From Perkinsela sp. CCAP 1560/9 (Eukaryota > Protista > Euglenozoa: Kinetoplastea): DNA of 64,000 bases. The stretch spans positions 186,001 to 250,000 of the forward strand of contig CBFFSA010000006.1 in NCBI GenBank assembly GCA_965644495.1, read 5' to 3'. Of this stretch, positions 61,048 through 64,000 are shown piece by piece (the first letter of the stretch is position 1; each line of letters starts with the position of its first letter). A model generated the notes under the pieces. That model was not told the origin of the DNA. It worked only from the letters and a program-made list of their open reading frames with translations, and did not search any database. The position numbers and the translations under genes are program-made.

Positions 61048-61395
61048 GGATCTCTTCGGAGGATTTCTATGGTTCTTTGCGAGAACTTCGCGAGGTGTAA
61101 ATTTACACCTTAACAAAGGAAATAGTTTCGTTTCTTCAAGATATTCGAAGGGCACGCACACACGGTGCATTAAAGAATCTATGTTACTCCATTTTTACTG
61201 CACTCTGTGCAAGTGAATTTGTATTGTAGCGAGAGGGTCTAGCCTTCCTGTAGAATTCCGGTAAGAATTCCTGGTACCACTTGGAATCACGGTTGGCTCT
61301 AAGCTTCCACTGTTTCGCAAGTATCTTTTTTTCGTACATCATCAAGAGTTCATATTTTTTCTTCTCTCGCTTCTTTCACATATCCTAACAGCCTT

Positions 61396-62325
61396 ATGCA
61401 CCCTTTCATCTCTCTCGCTTTGCCTCGCATCTGTTGTGCAGATTCAAGCGGTTCCCAGAGGGGCCGCATTCGAGGCTCGTCGCTTCCTGCCGAAGTGGAA
61501 CTTGCACGGCTTGTCGCGAAGATTACGAATCCACACCCTTCATGGAAGACTACTGTCCCACTGGAGAAGTGGCATGGTGTCCGAATAAGTGAGGAAGGAC
61601 AACTACATACATTTATATATATATTCTGGGGAGAGTATAGTGGAAGAAGCAAATGCGGCCACCATAAGTAAGGTCTGAGTGGCGAATTCACCTGGAAGTT
61701 TCTCCCAAAAGAGCTACGAACATTTGCCATCCACTGTGGAATGGATTTAAAAGGGATGGTGCCATTGAACGAATTACCTGCTTCCATGACGCACCTTAGC
61801 CTTCCATATTGCCAGTACAGTGGGCCCCTTGATTTTTCTCAAGCGCCGACCAAAATGCGTTCTATTCATCTCTACCACAATGAATTTTCGGGCCCATTGG
61901 AATTATCACAACTGCCCCCTAATTTGTTTTCACTGCGGCTGGAGTACAACGCCTTTTCCGGTGAAATAACGCTTAAAAATCTTCCGAAGGATATGAACGA
62001 ATTGTTTCTGAGGGGCAATAACCTATCAGAATCACTCTGCCTCGTTGGGATTCAGGATAATTTTGATATACTGGCATTGGATGACAATAACTTTGAAGGG
62101 TGTGTAGATCTAACGTCCCTTCCTAGGGCCCTTCGCGAGTTATACCTTCAGAAAAATAAATTGTCGGGTTCTGTAAGGTTTAATAACCTTCCTGAATACA
62201 TTGAAACGATCGATTTGTCACACAATGAGATCAAGGAATACGAGCCCAAGGTTGTGCCACGGTGCACTGTTACTTCTTCCGAAGACGTACTAGTATTGAA
62301 GGGATCTGTTGAAATGATAACATAG
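61396..62325 (+). pseudogene. Leucine-rich repeat protein copy with one in-frame TAA (61669-61671)
   Basis: Collinear with 62959-63876; GAA>TAA at HK*GL. Confidence 0.85.
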
Positions 62326-62355
62326 CCTTTGAGTCAGGATCAAAACGTAAATATA

Positions 62356-62704
62356 CTGTCCCCCCCCTACTTATCTGTCACTACGTTTCGCGAAAGGGTG
62401 ATAGATAACTAAGGGGGGGGGTAGGGGTGTGACAGATAACTAGGCGTATCAGTGTGCGACAGATAACTAGGGAGGGTGTCTGTCACAAAAAAAAGTCAGA
62501 ACATGGAATTACAGGAACGGTTTATAATAGCACCACGCTCGACCATTCGCTTGAAACAGAAAAAAAAATGTATGTTTCATTTTATGATTTTTTTCGGAAA
62601 AAAGCATTTTACTTATTTTTAAAAAATGACAGATAACTAAGGGGGGTAGTCGAAGAAAAAAATTCGAAGTGCCAAAAAGTGACAGATAACTAGGAGGGGC
62701 ACAG
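62356..62704. mobile_element. MITE, TA TSD
   Basis: TA|CTGTCCCCCCCTACTTATCTGTCAC ... GTGACAGATAACTAGGAGGGGCACAG|TA; internal AGATAACTA repeats. Confidence 0.85.
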
Positions 62705-62958
62705 TACTACAAAATTTCAAGTAAGTAGTACGTCCTTTTAAATATCCCGTACTTAGTACGGGAACCATTTGTGTATAGGCGCCAATACTTATTTTGAACT
62801 GTGTTCCGGGTTATTGCACTTCGCGTTGAAAACTACTTCCCCGTTAAACGACATCCCTGTTTTTCAAAGTTCACTGTTCCACAAATTTCTTTTCTGTGTA
62901 CTTTATCGAAAGTATAGATTTATTTTTTCGTTTCTTTCATTCATATATCCCCGACCTT

Positions 62959-63876
62959 ATGAACCCTGTGATCTCTATCACGTTGCGTCACATCCATTGT
63001 GCGGATTCAAGTTGTACCAAAAAAGGCCGCATTCGAGGCTCGTCGTTTCCTGCCGAAGTGGACCTTGCACGGCTTGTCGCAAAGATTACGAATCCACACC
63101 CTTCATGGAAGACTACTGTCCCACTGGAGAAATGGCATGGTGTCCGATTAAGTAAGGACGGAGAACTTGAACACATCTTCTGGGGAGGGTTTAGTGGAAG
63201 AAGCAAATACGGTCATAAGGAAGGTCTGCGGGGCGAGTTAATTTGGAGGTTTCTCCCGACTGAACTACAAACATTTGCTATTAACTGTGGAATGGATTTA
63301 AAAGGGATGGTGCCATTGAACGAGTTACCTGCTTCCATGACACACCTTAGCCTACGATATTGCCAGTATAGTGGACCCCTTGATTTTTCTCAAGCGCCGT
63401 CCGAAATGCGCACTATTCATCTTGACCACAATGAATTTTCGGGCCCATTGGAATTATCACAACTACCCCCTAATATGTATTCGCTGCGGCTGGAGTACAA
63501 CCGCTTTTCCGGTGAAATAACGCTTAAAAATCTTCCGAAGGATATGAACGAATTGTTTCTGACCGGGAACAAACTATCAGGATCACTCTGCCTCATTGGC
63601 ATTCAGGATAAGCTGCGTATATTGGCATTGGATGACAATAACTTCGAAGGGTGTGTAGATCTAACGTCCCTTCCTAGGGCCCTTCGCGAGTTATACCTTC
63701 AGAAAAATAAATTGTCGGGTTCTGTAAGGTTTGATAACATTCCTCAATACATTCATACGATCGATTTGTCAAACAATGAAATCAAGGAATACGAGCCCAA
63801 GGTTGTTCCACATTGCACTGTTTCCTCTTCTGAAGATGTACTTGTGTTGAAGAGAGCTGTTGAAATGATAATATAG
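62959..63876 (+). CDS. Leucine-rich repeat protein (LP..L..L.L..N.FSG repeats)
   Basis: About 8 plant-like LRR units; tandem paralogue of 61396-62325. Confidence 0.9.
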   Translation: MNPVISITLRHIHCADSSCTKKGRIRGSSFPAEVDLARLVAKITNPHPSWKTTVPLEKWHGVRLSKDGELEHIFWGGFSGRSKYGHKEGLRGELIWRFLPTELQTFAINCGMDLKGMVPLNELPASMTHLSLRYCQYSGPLDFSQAPSEMRTIHLDHNEFSGPLELSQLPPNMYSLRLEYNRFSGEITLKNLPKDMNELFLTGNKLSGSLCLIGIQDKLRILALDDNNFEGCVDLTSLPRALRELYLQKNKLSGSVRFDNIPQYIHTIDLSNNEIKEYEPKVVPHCTVSSSEDVLVLKRAVEMII

Positions 63877-64000
63877 CCTTTGAATCACGAAGCGTTTGAA
63901 GCAGGATCGAGGTCTAGTAGATACAACCCAGGCTAAAGTGTACGAGGGAGATACTAAAGGTACCTTTGGAAAACCACCTCAAAACTGGAACGATATCTCC

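Overview
Eukaryotic nuclear DNA from a kinetoplastid, probably Perkinsela-like (inference). Evidence: intronless co-oriented + strand genes, a trypanosomatid-type MEX67, a KREPA-like OB-fold protein, a spliced-leader exon fragment and a compact cluster of 9 tRNAs. Host genes: two probable mitochondrial proteins (20.3-22.1 kb), KAE1/OSGEP (31 kb), then MEX67, RPA2, NVL/Rix7, a PPR protein, a TFIIB-like factor and two tandem LRR genes (50.9-63.9 kb). Most of 0.9-50.7 kb is nested mobile DNA: Tc1-like elements (DD46E, DD35E, DD32E), pogo-like elements, TA-flanked MITEs, CRE-like and HERO-like non-LTR retrotransposons, and a tyrosine-recombinase retrotransposon. Main discoveries: (1) a bacterial-type IS30 element with terminal IRs and a 3-bp TSD that transposed into a eukaryotic retrotransposon, plus a second divergent IS30 relic; (2) a conserved ~175-bp rod-like palindrome in at least 12 full or partial copies, next to interchangeable 18-24-bp tandem arrays; (3) repeated C-rich to G-rich strand-skew flips inside the genes at 51-61 kb; (4) a genomic insert that starts with the spliced-leader exon. 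All calls come from reading the sequence by eye; no database searches were run.
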